64,000 bases of DNA from positions 744,001 to 808,000 of the forward strand of contig NIVC01000110.1 of the NCBI GenBank assembly GCA_002269645.1. Reading direction: 5' to 3'. Below the pieces are notes generated by a model, which did no database searches, was not told where the DNA came from, and saw only the letters and a list, made by a program, of their open reading frames with translations. The stretch comes from Macrostomum lignano. Lineage: Eukaryota. Below are positions 35,125-61,003 of this stretch, piece by piece; positions within the stretch are counted from its first letter, which is position 1, and each line of letters begins with the position of its first letter. The position numbers and the translations under genes are program-made.

Positions 35125-35660
35125 CCTGTCTAACAGGTAAACCTGCCTGTCTAACAGGTGTAAACCTGCCTGTCTAACAGGTGTGAACCTGCCTGTCTAA
35201 CAGGTGTAAACCTGCCTGTCTAACAGGTGTGAACCTGCCTGTCTAACAGGTGTAAACCTGCCTGTCTAACAGGTGTGAACCTGCCTGTCTAACAGGTGTA
35301 AACCTGCCTGTCTAACAGGTGTGAACCTGCCTGTCTAACAGGTGTGAACCTGCCTGTCTAACAGGTGTGAACCTGCCTGTCTAACAGGTGTGAACCTGCC
35401 TGTCTAACAGGTGTAAACCTGCCTGTCTAACAGGTGTGAACCTGCCTGTCTAACAGGTGTGAACCTGCCTGTCTAACAGGTGTAAACCTGCCTGTCTAAC
35501 AGGTGTGAACCTGCCTGTCTAACAGGTGTAAACCTGCCTGTCTAACAGGTGTGAACCTGTCTGTCTAACAGGTGTAAACCTGTCTGTCTAACAGGTGTAA
35601 ACCTGCCTGTCTAACAGGTGTGAACCTGCCTGTCTAACAGGTGTGAACCTGCCTGTACGT
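35125..35660. repeat. 23-bp minisatellite (AACCTGCCTGTCTAACAGGTGT[G/A])
   Basis: ~23 near-perfect units. Confidence 0.95.
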
Positions 35661-36799
35661 CTAACAGGAAACAGACGAGATTATAATGTCTAACAGGGAT
35701 GCGTATTTAAATGTCTAACGTAGGACTATGAAGTCTAACAGATAAAAAACACCATATCTAACAAGATATATAATATCTTCATGCGAATATAATTTTCGAC
35801 TAAAAACGCTTTTATGTCTACTCACATTAGTAAAACTAAATAGTAAAATTAAGTAAAATTAAATAAAATAGTAAATTAAAATTGAAGCACAGCAGCATTT
35901 ATTGAACCCCTCAAACTTTTGTGTTGAGCAGTCGAACTCGAACAGTCTGACCAACCACATGAGCACTAAATTTATTTGACAACTTGTTTAAACAAAATTT
36001 TGTCAGCAAATAAATAATTCAATAAATAAATTTAGTAACGCAATTAAAAAAATAAAATCTAAAATTCAGTCGGGTATTTAATTAAAACAAAAATTTCCCA
36101 AAACAAAAAAGCAATATTCATTGGTTAGAAATTTGTTAGCTGGTCAGAAAAACACATCGAATGTTGGCGGTGTGACGTCAGCTGAAAAAAAGGGTTTAAA
36201 ATAATAGTGCTAAAAACCGGAGCACACTTAAACAAAAAATAATAATTTGTTGAAATGGAAAGCCGCTTGCAGTTGTCCTCATTCATTCTTCTTACTAAAA
36301 TTGAATTCGAAACAAAACAAACAGGAAAATGCGCACTGTACTACTAACTGACATGCGAGGGGGAAAGATAAGTAGTATAGTCAGCACCTGTCAATCGGAA
36401 TTACAGAAGTTAGTAACTAATGTGGGGAAAAATCAAGGATTAAATGAGATCGAAAGAGCTCATCTCAAATTGAAATTACACGTCAGTTGTGTAGGTTTTT
36501 AAAAACAATTAATTCAATAATGAATCTTGTTTGTAGGCATTTGTATTTGTAGGTAAACATGATATTTAAATATATATATATACTATATAAGTGATTTGTT
36601 TAACAAGCCGCAACACAAACACACAGGCACACACTGGACTGAAAGCTTCCAAAACAACTGGCAAAAGAGAAGAGGGGGGCCCAGCAATGAACTGCGACAG
36701 CTGCTTGTTCTCCATTGATTTTATCGACTTAGATTTGCCAAGTATTAAATCCCAGGATTTGAAATTGAGGATGAAGAAAATCCAGAATAGAAATTAGTG

Positions 36800-37500
36800 A
36801 TAAATAAATCCTAAGATCATAAATTGAGGATAAATGGATCCCAAGATTACAAATTGGGGATAAATAAATCCCAAGATGATTTGGGATAAATTAAACCCAA
36901 GAATATTGGGTAAAAATAAATCTCAAGATTATAAATTAGGGGATAAATAAATCCAAAGATTTGAAATTGGGGATAAATAAATCCCAAGATTATAAATTAG
37001 GGGATAAATAAATCCAAAGATTTGAAATTGGGGATAAATAAATCCCAAGATTATAAATTAGGGGATAAATAAATCCCAAGACTATAAAATGGGGATAAAT
37101 AAATCCGCACACAATAAATTGGGGATAAATAAATCCTCAGACTATAAATTGGGGATAAATAAATCCCCATCCTATAAATTGGGGATAAATAAATCCGCAC
37201 ACAATAAATTGGGGATAAATAAATCCTCAGACTATAAATTGGGGATAAATAAATCCCCATCCTATAAATTGGGGATAAATAAATCCCCACACTATAAATT
37301 GGGGATAAATAAATCCCAAGACTATAAAATGGGGATAAATAAATCCCCACACTATAAATTGGGGATAAATAAATCCCAAGACTATAAAATGGGGATAAAT
37401 AAATCCCCACACTATAAAATGGGGATAAATAAATCCCCAGACTATAAACTGGGGACAAATAAATTCCAAGACTATAAAGACTATAAATTGGGGAAAAATA
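36800..37500. repeat. 30-bp minisatellite (AAATTGGGGATAAATAAATCCCCACACTAT)
   Basis: Tandem units just 3' of the convertase stop. Confidence 0.93.
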
Positions 37501-37534
37501 GATCCCATGATTTGCCAGGAGAATCAGCAGCCAA

Positions 37535-49885
<12,351 letters not shown>

Positions 49886-51590
49886 GAGATTTTGTTCTGC
49901 AAATTATGTTTGCCTCTTGCTGTCTGAAAAATTAAATAAGTTTATGCTTTAAAATTTGGATAGGCCAAGATAGATTATTAAATATTCTAAATAAATTTAA
50001 CAAGTCTAACTGCACAAAGTCAAAGTAGAAAACAAAAATCTATAACTATCTAAACAAATCAATACATATAGTGCATATATTAATCAAATTTAGATATATA
50101 TATAAGGCGTTGTGAAGCACTAAAAAATATCATAAGCAAGTGGCCCAGCCCAGTTAGAGTAGAAAGCTGAGCTAAGCTACAACTGATTTAAAGTAGGGGA
50201 GCCTATTCCATAAGGTTTTAGAACATCAGTGTATGTGGATTTTCCATTGAAAAATCTTGATTAAATATAAAAAGCTCAAAAGTATAAAATAGCTATATAG
50301 AGTTTAGAAGATTCAGGCCAAATAATACCCAACCTAAATTAAAAGCCACTTGACTAATCGATACAAAGCCAAAGCCAAAGGGAACTTGACATAAGCGGTA
50401 TGTATAATAAGCCTAATGCTATACTATGAATACTTTTCGAAGCAATGCAATGGGTTTCATTTTAATAATCTTAGATTAACCGACATTCATTGGTAATCAA
50501 TCGATATGTCGATATAAAATCTACTCTATAGACTGATAAGCGGACGTAACGGAAGTTATGTATCACGCATATCCCGGTGACTGCGTGCTACTTATGAAAA
50601 ATATCAATAGATCTTACTGTTAAAAATATCAGCAACGCAAGTGGACGATAACTGTATTAAAGATGTTTATTTCTTTAAAATGAAAAATAAATTAGGATTT
50701 GTTCTCTAAAAAAAGCAGTAACGCACTAAAAAGTTTAAAAAATGGTTTGTTCGTTAAAATGTTACAAACTTCCGGTTTAAATAATTTATAAACTTTTTCG
50801 AATCAAAATTTAGCAGTGACAGATCCAGGAATATTCCCAGGAGATCAGCCGACCATCTTGACCCACAGAGTGTTCCTCAAGTTCAAGCTCCGAGCCTGAG
50901 ATATTCGATCTATGGAATGCAATTACACAAGGACAAAATATTTCGTTTAGTTTTTCTATAATTCTCTAGAATTTTTCAATTTCTTCCGAATTTCCTAAAG
51001 TTCCCAAATCTCTCGTAGTGGTCCACAGACTTGTTGAACCCCTAATAAAATTGGGGAAATATATTAAACAGTCAAAGATAGGAAAATTTGGGATTTTGAA
51101 GTAGCCTTCGGTTAAAACAAAAGTTACCTGCGGGACGTGAATGGTAGAGCGACGCCGACTGCTCTTCAAAGCCGACACTGCAGCCGGCGCCGCCGCCAAC
51201 TATGCGGAAATTTACTTACAGTATCATGCCGGTCAATAAATTTAGTTTCGATCACATATTTTATTTTTTCTTTAAAAAACCTTGAATTATTTGTACTCTG
51301 CGCTTCTACCATCTATGCATACATCAACTGTTCAGAAATGGGCTCACACATATTGTAGGTGAGTTGTTTGTCGAGCAGATATTTCTTGGGGTGGGCGCCC
51401 CTGTCTCTTAGACTAGTGGATGCATGCCACGTCTTGTGTGAATGCTAACATAAGTGGAGCTTCTGTCCTTCATCGTCACGGTTACTTTAAACTGCAAGTT
51501 AGATGCTTCAATTACAAATGCTTGTATATTACCAGCAAGAGACACATGTATTACTTGAAGTTTCTGATGTACAGAATGATCGATTGTTAT

Positions 51591-54500
51591 TGACATACGC
51601 TCGTGCAATAGTCTATGGCCGTTGCGCCTCCCTCATCCCTCCCTAATATAAAAGTGTCCTAGCTTCATAATCTTGTTACAAGCCCCGCTAGCATTAATGT
51701 GGTCCTAAAGCCAAATAAACAAGCAAAGCAAGATACGAGCTTCGTTATTCATCAAGCACTAGAGTTGCCATCAGAGCATCACAATGGCGTCGCAAGCACT
51801 TGGACACATCGAACTTTCAGAACCTGAGCGCGCCCTGACGTGGCTAACAGCATTCCGTGCGCTCGCTAGAGCCAAGAAATGGAAAGATGAAGGCACCAAC
51901 AGAGAAATTGCAGATAACTTTCTGGCACTATGCGGATTGCCAGCACTTGAAAAGATAACATTTCTGGTGGCCCCAAAGAAGATTGACGAATTGGAGTTTT
52001 CTGCAATCGAGGCCGCCATTCAAAGTTACCTTCAACCAAAGTCGCGCATAACCATTGCCGAGCGAACTCGCTTCTACACCACCCGACGAGTCTCTTCCGG
52101 ATTACCTCTCGCGCCTAAGAAAGGGCGCCCAACATTGCAAATTCGATTCGCTGAAAGAGACAGAAAGCCCAGAAGAGGTCATGATTCAATTGGCGTTAGT
52201 CGCTGGCATGCACTGTCCCACAACACAGCAAAAAGTTCTAGAAGCTATGCAGATCAAGGAGCTGTCGGTCGAGGAAATCGTAGATTTTGTTGCTCAGATC
52301 AAGCAAGTGAAAGAGTTCGTGTCCAAACAAGCCTCCACACCGTTCACGACCTCCCCACCAAAGGAAACTGTTCCGGAGATTCACCATGGCTCTTTGGCTA
52401 CAAAGAACAACTTTACCACTCGCAAGATTGGACCACGCACGGGACAGTGTGATTACTGCGGTCAAGACCATGTTGCTGGAAAGTGCCCAGCGTTTGGAAA
52501 AACCTGCAGCAAATGCTCAAAACCAAACCACTTTGCATCGGTATGTCGATCCTCCCGACCACGCCAGCTCCACAACGTCGAGGAGCTCTCAAACGCAGAC
52601 CAGATACCACGTCCCTTCTTCACCTGGGGACGCGGACAGGATTCACGCTATCGACTCGACACTGGAAAACATAGTCATCAATGGTGCTCAAATCCCAATG
52701 CAAGTAGACACCGGTGCTGCGGTGAGCGTCATTTCAAGCACTCTCTGGGAGTCACTCCGCCGCCCGGCCCTCCAGAAGTGTCATCGCCGTCTTCAAGCCT
52801 ACGATGGCCACACGCTTAAAGTCCTCGGCAAGTTATCAACCGCCATTGAGCTTCGCGGCAAGTTTCACCCTGCTGAACTGATCGTTGTACAGGCCTCTAA
52901 GACATTCGGTCTGTTAGGCCGTGACTTATTGGACTCAGCGCAAGTCCACAGCACATGCTCCACTAGCACCGGTACGAGCTAACAGCGTGGATGCCCTACC
53001 CGTGATTAAAGGCATCAAGGCCAAAATGGAAACCATCGCTGGTGCCACTCCGAGGTTTTGCCGTGCGCGTCCCGTGCCTGTCGCCCTGGAATCCTCCATC
53101 AACGCTGAATTGGACAGGCTACAGCAGTTGGGCGTGATAGAACCAGTTGACGGCCCGGTGAGCAATGCTTCTCCTGTCGTCTGGGTCAAAAAGAAAGATG
53201 GAACCCTAAGGACGTGCGCTGACTACAGCGTTCACGTCAACGCAAATATCAAGTCAGAGGACTATCCCATCCCTAGCGTGGAGCACCTATTTTCCAAACT
53301 AAAAAACGCAAAGAAGTTCGCCAAAGTAGACCTGAGGTCGGCCTATTGGCAGATCGAATTGGACGAGGCTGCTCAGGATCTCTCAATAATTAACACATCC
53401 AAAGGATTATTTCGCGTGAAAAGACTTCAGATGGGGATGAAGAATGCATCTTTTATTTTTCAACGCGCGATGGAAAGTACTCTGTCGGACTTAAAGGGCG
53501 TTCTCATCTACCAAGACGACGTATTAGTTTTCGCCGAAAACAGTGATTCACTACAGAAAAGACTTCGTGCTGTGAAGACTAGGCTGGCAGAAAAGCATGT
53601 CACCATCAACGAAAGCAAATGCATCGAGGCGACTGATGAAATATCATTTCTGGGATTTAAAACTTCTGCTGCTGACATCCAACCCGATGATCGACTGGTT
53701 GAGAAAATCCGAAGTATCACACAACCCAAAGACAAGAAGGAGCTGGAACGATTCGTTGGTCTAATAAACTTCTTTGGAAGGCTAGTACCCAACTTCTCTG
53801 GAAAGATCCAGCCGCTAAATCGACTGCGCAGAGCGGACGTCAACTTTCAGTGGACAGCTGAGGGTGACCGAGCCTTCAGACAACTCAAGACGGAGATTGC
53901 CTCTCAACCCATAGTCCAGCCATACTCATTAGAAAAGGAACTCACTCTTACCACAGATGCCTCCAAGGGAGCGCTTGCAGGAGTTGTCACGCAAGATGGC
54001 CATCCTGTGATCTATTCTATATTTCTCGATGTCTTTCTACTGCCGAACAAAACTATTTAAACATAGAGCGAGAAGCCCTTGCCGTTTTTTGGGCAGTCAG
54101 CCGGCTGAAGCACTATTTACTGGGCCGCCACTTTACAATACAGACGGATCATAAGCCTCTCGAACAGCTCTTCGGCCAGTCTTGCGGGGTGCCGCTGAAC
54201 ACCTCCGCTCGCATTAGCAGATGGGCACTCGCGATGATGCACCTTGACTACACCATACGCTATATACCGGGAGAGAAGATTCCACATGCCGATGCGCTTT
54301 CTCGCCTACGCTTCACTGACTCATCTAACGATTCGGCGGAAGTCTGCGAAGCCATTGATTGCGTTGCCTTCGAGCCGTCTGTCATTCCCAGGAACCGGGT
54401 TGCCGCAGAGCTAGAGTTGGATGAGCTCATAAAAAAGTGATGCACCGAATTCACTCGGGAAACTGGGCTGGCTGTTCTCAGGCTGAGAAACCATTCCAGG

Positions 54501-55896
54501 CCGTATCGCAATGCCTAACTATTCAATGGCTTACTGTTCAAGGGTCGCCAGGTCTACATTTCGCCAGGACTGCGGAAAGAAGCTTTTCGTGCAGCGCATG
54601 ACACTCACTCTGGGTCTCTGGCGACACTCAACTTCATGAGCTTGTCCTGCTGGTGGCCTGGAATGCGCGCTGACATCGAGAGATTTGTCAGCCAGTGGGA
54701 TGTATGCAACAGGCTGCGGCCCAGATTGGGGAAGACCAGAGACACCTGGCCATCGACTGAATACCCGTTTCAAAAGCTTCACGTTGACTGGGTGTACGTA
54801 AAGAATGTTGGAAACATCCTGATGGCAGTCGACTCTCACTCTGGTTGGATCGAGGCATTTCCCTGTAAAGATCGATCCACAGATCAGATCATTAAATGCC
54901 TCAGAACTGTTTTCACACGCTTTGGCGTGCCTGAACTTTTAGTTTCGGACAAAGCTCCGGAGTTCGTCAGCGATTCACTGAGGAGCTGGCTGCACCAAAA
55001 TGGCATAAAGAAGATGGAATCCCCAACTTATTATCCCCAGGCCAATGGATCGGCTGAGCGATCAGTCCAGACAGTCAAACGAGCTCTGCGGGCCTGGAAC
55101 GAACGAACCACCCACACTGAATTTGTTCCCTATCTACAGCGATTGCTGTTTCATCACCGAAACTCATCCACGTGTAGGGGCAAGACGCCAGCTGAGATTG
55201 TTTTCGGACGCCAACTACGCGCTCCTGTAGTCTCCACGTTCAACCAAGGCGAGCGCGTTCTGTATCAGCCAACTTCGGACGTTCCACCCTCCACTGTCGA
55301 ATACGTGATGAACCGAGGCCGCAACACGGCCTTCGTGTTGGACGGGAGCGAACTGCGTTTGGCAAGCGACAACCAACTTGCTCCACTGCCACACGACGAT
55401 GAAGAATCAATGGCAGGAGATCCCGCAGACACGGAGGCAGGGAACGCCAGCGACAATTCGACCCAAGGCGCGCAAGAACAAGAAGCAGGTAGAATTCGCC
55501 GTAGCACCCGGATGCGTCGCCAACCAGATCGCTACTTCTCATGACTGCTAAAAAACCGCATTAGCTACACATTACGAGTAACCAAAATGAAATCGGACAC
55601 GCTGAATTTGAATTAGTTATCTGTTGAGTTCCTAACATAAAGTTTACATTGTTCGGAGAAATAGTTCAACTCTTTCCTTCTGGAGGGAGACATGACATAC
55701 GCTCGTGCAATAGTCTATGGCCGCTGCGCCCAAATGCCGCCTCCCTCATCCCTTCCTAATATAAAAGTGTCCTAGCTTCATAATCTTGTTACAAGCCCCG
55801 CTATCATTAATGTGGTCCTAAAGCCAAATAAACAAGCAAAGCAAGATACGAGCTTCGTTATTCATCAAGCACTAGAGTTGCCATCAGAGCATCACA
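51591..55896 (+). mobile_element. Ty3/gypsy LTR retrotransposon, Mag-like (4306 bp), decayed
   Basis: Short LTRs 51591-51783 (193 bp) and 55693-55896 (204 bp) differing by ~3 substitutions and an 11-bp indel. 5-bp TSD GTTAT; PBS-like TGGCGTCG overlapping the gag ATG; PPT GGAGGGAGA. Short LTRs, double CCHC knuckle and 5-bp TSD fit the Mag clade. Confidence 0.93.
51784..55544 (+). pseudogene. Frameshifted gag-pol of the Mag-like element
   Basis: Gag (RITIAERTRFY; CDYCGQDH...CSKCSKPNHFASVC), protease QVDTGAAVS, RT YQDD, RNase H TTDAS, integrase HVDW...VSDKAPEF...ERSVQ. Frame breaks near 52085, 52620, 52975, 54020, 54435 and further downstream. Confidence 0.9.
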
Positions 55897-56285
55897 GTTA
55901 TTATGAATTTGGCATTGCAGTTAGATAGTAAAGTGATGAGCCCTTCCTTCCACTTGAAGACTGGTCTCTCAAACATAGAACAGCAAGAAAGCCGAGCAGA
56001 AGAAAAAGCACACTAAATAGAAAAATGAGAAAGCTTTTCCGACTCATCTCTCTCCTAGTGAATCACGTGGCCGCTCAGAAGGGCTCTTTATTATCTGGAC
56101 GGCATAAACAACTGAAAAAAGTTATCCAAGTGTACGGTAAAAACCTTGCTCGCTCGCTTTTTCAGTTGCTTCAACCTACAGAGACGCTTCACTGTCTGGA
56201 GAAGCAAAAAAGCAGAAAAACCAATTATTTCTAAAAAACACAACAAGTCGGGATTCTTGCTCGACAAGGCAGCAGCAGGCAATTC

Positions 56286-59200
56286 ATGACGGACCCACCT
56301 GAGCCGCAGAAGTTCGAGTCAGTGCTCGAGTCGGTGCTCGAGTTGCGAGACTGCGGCCTCCTCACTGAGTGGCTCAGCCGTGGCGGCAGTCCTGACGAGC
56401 AGGACTCTGACGGCAGGTCCTTCCTGCACGTCGCCAGCTTTCTAGGAAATGCAGAGGCCGCGCGGCTGCTCGTGGAGGCCTCAGCGAACGTCGATCTGGC
56501 CGCAGCTGACGGCTCTACGCCGCTGCACGAGGCCGTCCTCGGTGGCAGCGAGCGACTGACGCGGCTGCTGCTACGAGCCGGAGCGAGTCCAGCCGCCCGG
56601 ACGGTGAGCGGCGCACTGCCGATGCACCTGGCCGCGACCATTGAGTCCGGTGACGACATCGCGCGGCTGCTGGCCGGACCGACCTGCGCCGCCACCGACA
56701 GCCGTCAGCAGCCGCCACCGGTCTTGGGAGCCGCCGGCCCGCTGCCGACTCCGCTGTTTCTGTGCGTCCTGCTCGGCCGGGCTGGCGCTGTGGACGCCCT
56801 GACTGCCGCCGGGGCGGACCCGAACTGCTGCGCCTCGAAGCTCGAGCTTGAGGCCCTTTGGAAGCTTCCTAAATCCAGTTCATTGCTGTTTTGTCTGATC
56901 ATAGCACTGATCTCAGGGCAGTGGAGCCTTCGGGATGGCGGGCCGGCGATGAGCGCCGCAGCAAGGCTGGGCAATGCCGAAATCGTTCGAATATTGCTGA
57001 GTGCCGCTGCAGATCCCGACAGGCGGAACCCAAACTGCTCTCTTGGTTCAACCCCACTGCATGCGGCTACACAATCTAGGCACTGCATTGATGTCATAAG
57101 ACAACTCATTAGCGCAGGTGTGAATGTCGATATTACGGCTGAAGACGGCTTCACTCCTGTTTTCCATGCCGCGGCAAGTGGCTATGCGCCTGAAGCAGTC
57201 GCAGTTCTCCTCAGAGCCGGAGCCAATGTTGATTCATCATTAAATACTGGAGGACGGCCTCTTCATTTCGCAGTCTGGAATGGTTATCAGGAGGTCGCGA
57301 AGCTGCTGATCAGTGCCAGGGCGAATGTCGACGCTCGAAACTCCGATGGCGACACGCCGCTGCACCATGCAATTTATAAAAGAAGAGCAGAGCTAGTTGC
57401 CATGCTGCTCAGAGCTGGAGCCAGGGTCGACCTGCTGAACAACCGAGGCCAAACTCCCCTGGCCCTGGCTGTTGATAAAACATCCCCGGAGATCGTCAGC
57501 GAGCTGATACGAGCTGGAGCTTCAGCCGATATGAGCAGCAATAACAACAAGGATTTGGTCAAGGAGGCCCTCGAGTGTCGGCAGCTGTCCATGGCTCACA
57601 TGCTGATTGACGCCTCTGCCAAAATAGATGAAAAAAAGAGCTCAGAGTGGTTTAAGCTTGCCTTAATGGCTGGTTTCACAGAGGCGTTGCAGCTTCTGAT
57701 CGATGCTGGTGTCAGGCTGGATCAGACAGAGCCGATGGGCCTCATGCTGTCCTTCTTTACTTCTTTTCAAGAAAATGCCTCAGTCAGAAAGTTGCTGGCT
57801 GCCGGAGCGGACATCCCAGCAGATTTGACCAGCTTCTTTTTCGCAATCTCAGCCCCCGATCCGTCCAACCCAGCCGCAGCGCCGACCGTCCGGTCAGCGG
57901 AGGAGCAGCGCCAGTTCAGCTCGCGGCTGTCCGAAGCCATGCGAGCCGCCGGGTTCAAGCAGGCCAACGCGGCAGTTCAGAGCGGCGCTGCGGCCGCGCT
58001 GCAGGACATCCTGAGAGACCTGATGGACGACAAGGACACCTTCGTGTTCGGCAGCTTCGCAGACGGATGGGGCAGCAGCCTGGAGATTCTGAACGGGGAG
58101 ATCAGCCGGGACTCCGACATTGACGTCACCTTCATGGAGTCCGGTAGACTTCTGTGCCTGGACTGCGGCTCTGCCGGCTGGACTGCCTGCAGTGGCTGCG
58201 GCAGAGATGCGATCCGAGTGCAGTGCGAGAACGGACACGCCTACTATGAGCATGGCTGTGAGTAGCTCAATGCCTCTTGAGCATGTAATCATATAAACCA
58301 GTGGCTTTCTAAGTGAATGGACCCTCTGGCTTAGCAGATAGTTGCTGAGAGCTCTGGCTTGGTTCGTGCACTTCGACCCGGCTCTACGGGTCGTGAATTG
58401 AAACAGGCAGTGGAGCCTACAGGAGGGAGTTCGACTCAGGTGATGCAGCAGTGTAACACGGGCCCCACACTGGCAGGATTGTCTGCGTGAAGTCTGGGAT
58501 TTCTCACAGACTGCTGTCGCTAGGCTGGGTGGCCTGGGGGCAAACACTTCCCAAACACTTCACAAATGTGTGCGGATTAGTTAAGTTTGCCTTTCCCTGC
58601 TTTCTGCTTTCCAGCTGGACTAAGGAGCTATTATCCCGGAATCTAATGTGTGTGGATAGAAACAGATAGAAATTGGAGGAAAATTTGGTGGCGCGGCGCC
58701 CTACCAAGTCCTGATGCAGCAGGAAAATTTTTGCTGGAATCAAAATAACTTAAGTTCGAAAAAATCATTTAGTCAGCATTTTTGTCGACACATCCATCTA
58801 CACATTTACAGCCACGGGACCAAACATGGCAAGGAATCAACCATTTGAGTTCACAACGATTTTTTCTGGTACCCACGTGAATATCGATTTAATATCTGCC
58901 GTGACCTGCTGCCGCTACCCCCGCATCGAGCTGCTGCAGCTCGGCTACTCAAACCGCAGAGGCCAGCCGTCCCAGATGCCTCAGCGCATTCTGAACCAGC
59001 TCGAACAGGAGGCTCTCAGCCACTCTCCAAAGGAAGACTCCGAACAGGAGGCTCTCAGCCACTCTCCAAAATGTCACGCGGTCGCTGCGTCGCCTCCACA
59101 CAAACCGCCTGGCAGCTGCATGCGGGTGAGCACAACCCTGCTGGAGAGAGCCGTCATGCACAGCCTCACTACCGTGCAGGGCCAGTTCTTCATCCTCGTC

Positions 59201-61003
59201 AAGTTCCTCATCAAGAAGGTGATCAGCATCGAGATGAAGGTGAGCGGTCTGAAGACGTACATGGCCAAGAACCTGCTGTTCTACATGCTCGACGAGACGC
59301 CGGAAGAAGAATGGAAGCCAGACAACTTGCTGCAACTCGTGCGGCAGTCGCTGCAGCTGCTGGTTGCCATGATGGAGAGCTCAGACTCCGATACAGTGTG
59401 CATGAAGCACTTCTTCCTACGAGATGCCGACGTGTACTTCAAGAAGGGTCAGCAGCCGAAGAAGGACATTGTGGATGCGGTCAATGGGGTGATTGACGAG
59501 CTTCCTCGCTGGCTGCATCAATTCCAAGGCCAGCTGAGAGAAAATGCGAGCAACTCTGTGCGGTTCCAGCCTTTCCAGCTTCTGGACGAATTTTGTACGT
59601 CACGTGACGTGCAGCGGTACTCAGGCTACAGCTCAATCTGCGGCTTGGTGAGGCATTGCCTGCTTAAACTCGGCTCGGACCGGCGGGGTCAGTCGGAGTC
59701 CGAGCACCTGTCGGAGCTGCTGCAGCTGATCGGTGAGCTGCCAGACTGCGCCAGATCAGCCAGAGAGAGCCTCAGGTTGATGGCGCATCTCAAATTTCAC
59801 GCACCGCTGGATGCGGCCGGTGCTGCAGCAGGACTGACGGGCCAGGAGAGCAGCGGCATCGAGTGTCCGGAGAGTCCTGGCGGAGGCAGCGAGCTGCTGT
59901 CGGTGGACGAGGCGAAGGAGCTCGTGTGGCGGCACCTACATGAGACCGACTCTGCCAACGTTTTTCATTTTTTTTTTCAAGATAAAGTGGATTTTGGATT
60001 TCTGCCAGCTGCTTCAAAGAAATATTTACACAATTTAAAATTGCTTCTACTGGACTTTTTCCGGCTGTATGATTCGCTGACTGGTCGGGAGTCAGCTTTA
60101 GTTGAGAGACAAAATATCATAAGAAATTCTCCAGCAACCGTCTCTGAAGTTTGCCAGAGATCTGACGCTTTTAATTGGGCTGAAATGATTGACGACGGGA
60201 CTTTTTTCAATCTATTCAAATTCAATCTGGATGTGATTCATCAGGCGAATCCTGAGTTATTTCAGAATTTCATTTCATTAGTAAGAATTTTTCATTTTAT
60301 TTTTATTGTCCATTTCATTGACTTTCACTTGCCGATGCATCTCGATTTCAATTTTTACTTTCAGCTGCTGGCAAACCCGAAATTTCGGGATCGATCTTCG
60401 GATCTGTATATTGAATCGTTTCGCCGTTTTTATCGACAGCTGCCACCCGAAGACATCCGCTACCTTCGTGCTGCAGTTGGTTCTCCTGAGGAGCTGATGC
60501 AGGAAATGCTGCAGTTGTCTTTTGACACCCCATCCAGACAACCATTTCAGTTACTTTTTTCAAATGAAGCTTGCAGATCGGTAAGTGCTCATTATCTATA
60601 AATCGATGCATGCTTGATGTTATGACAAATAGGAAAATCAAAAGAAATAATTTTATGAATTTTTTTCAGTGTCTTAATCAGGTAAAAAATCAGCCACCAC
60701 GTTTGGTTCAGCAAATTTTTTAACAAATATTTCAGTTTTATGAAACCTCATTTGCTTCAGCTGGTTGCGCAAAGCATGATTCGAGCCCTGGACAAAGCCC
60801 TGGCTGAAGCTGAGAGTCTGCAAGCTGGGGCTGAGCCTGGCGAGATGCAGCAGAGCAACTGCCTGCTCGACGAGGGAGCGGAAAGAGAAAGGAGGCTGCA
60901 GAACTTTTTAAAACTCGAGCAGCACTGGATGCAGCTGATGATGGGAAGCTCAGACTCCGATACAGTAGGCATCCATGGGCTACAGGAGAAGCCCCTGGAT
61001 TGA
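56286..61003 (+). CDS. Ankyrin-repeat + Mab-21/cGAS-like nucleotidyltransferase (cGLR-like), ~1300 aa
   Basis: Exons 56286-58257, 58812-60280, 60365-60580, 60761-61003 (phases consistent; the 84-nt in-frame intron 60281-60364 is inferred from GTAAGA...TTTCAG). ~10 clear ankyrin repeats (TPLH motifs), NTase signature FGSFADGWG...DSDIDV, third Asp in NIDLISA, Mab-21 C-lobe (LKTYMAKNLLFYM...WKPDNLL...CMKHFF). Confidence 0.85.

Noticed and set aside
35125-35660. Array of CTAACAG|GT recursive-splice-like motifs
   Set aside because: Motif is on the + strand while flanking genes are on -; no evidence of + transcription
51785-51796. Assigning a tRNA to the Mag PBS (TGGCGTCG...)
   Set aside because: Only 7 nt match tRNA-Asn as recalled and it differs from the usual TGGCGACGAG; needs the host tRNA set
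58826-60601. Stand-alone Mab-21 gene starting at ATG 58826
   Set aside because: Lacks the GS/DxD motifs, which are in the upstream ankyrin exon; a phase-1 GT-AG junction 58257>58812 joins them
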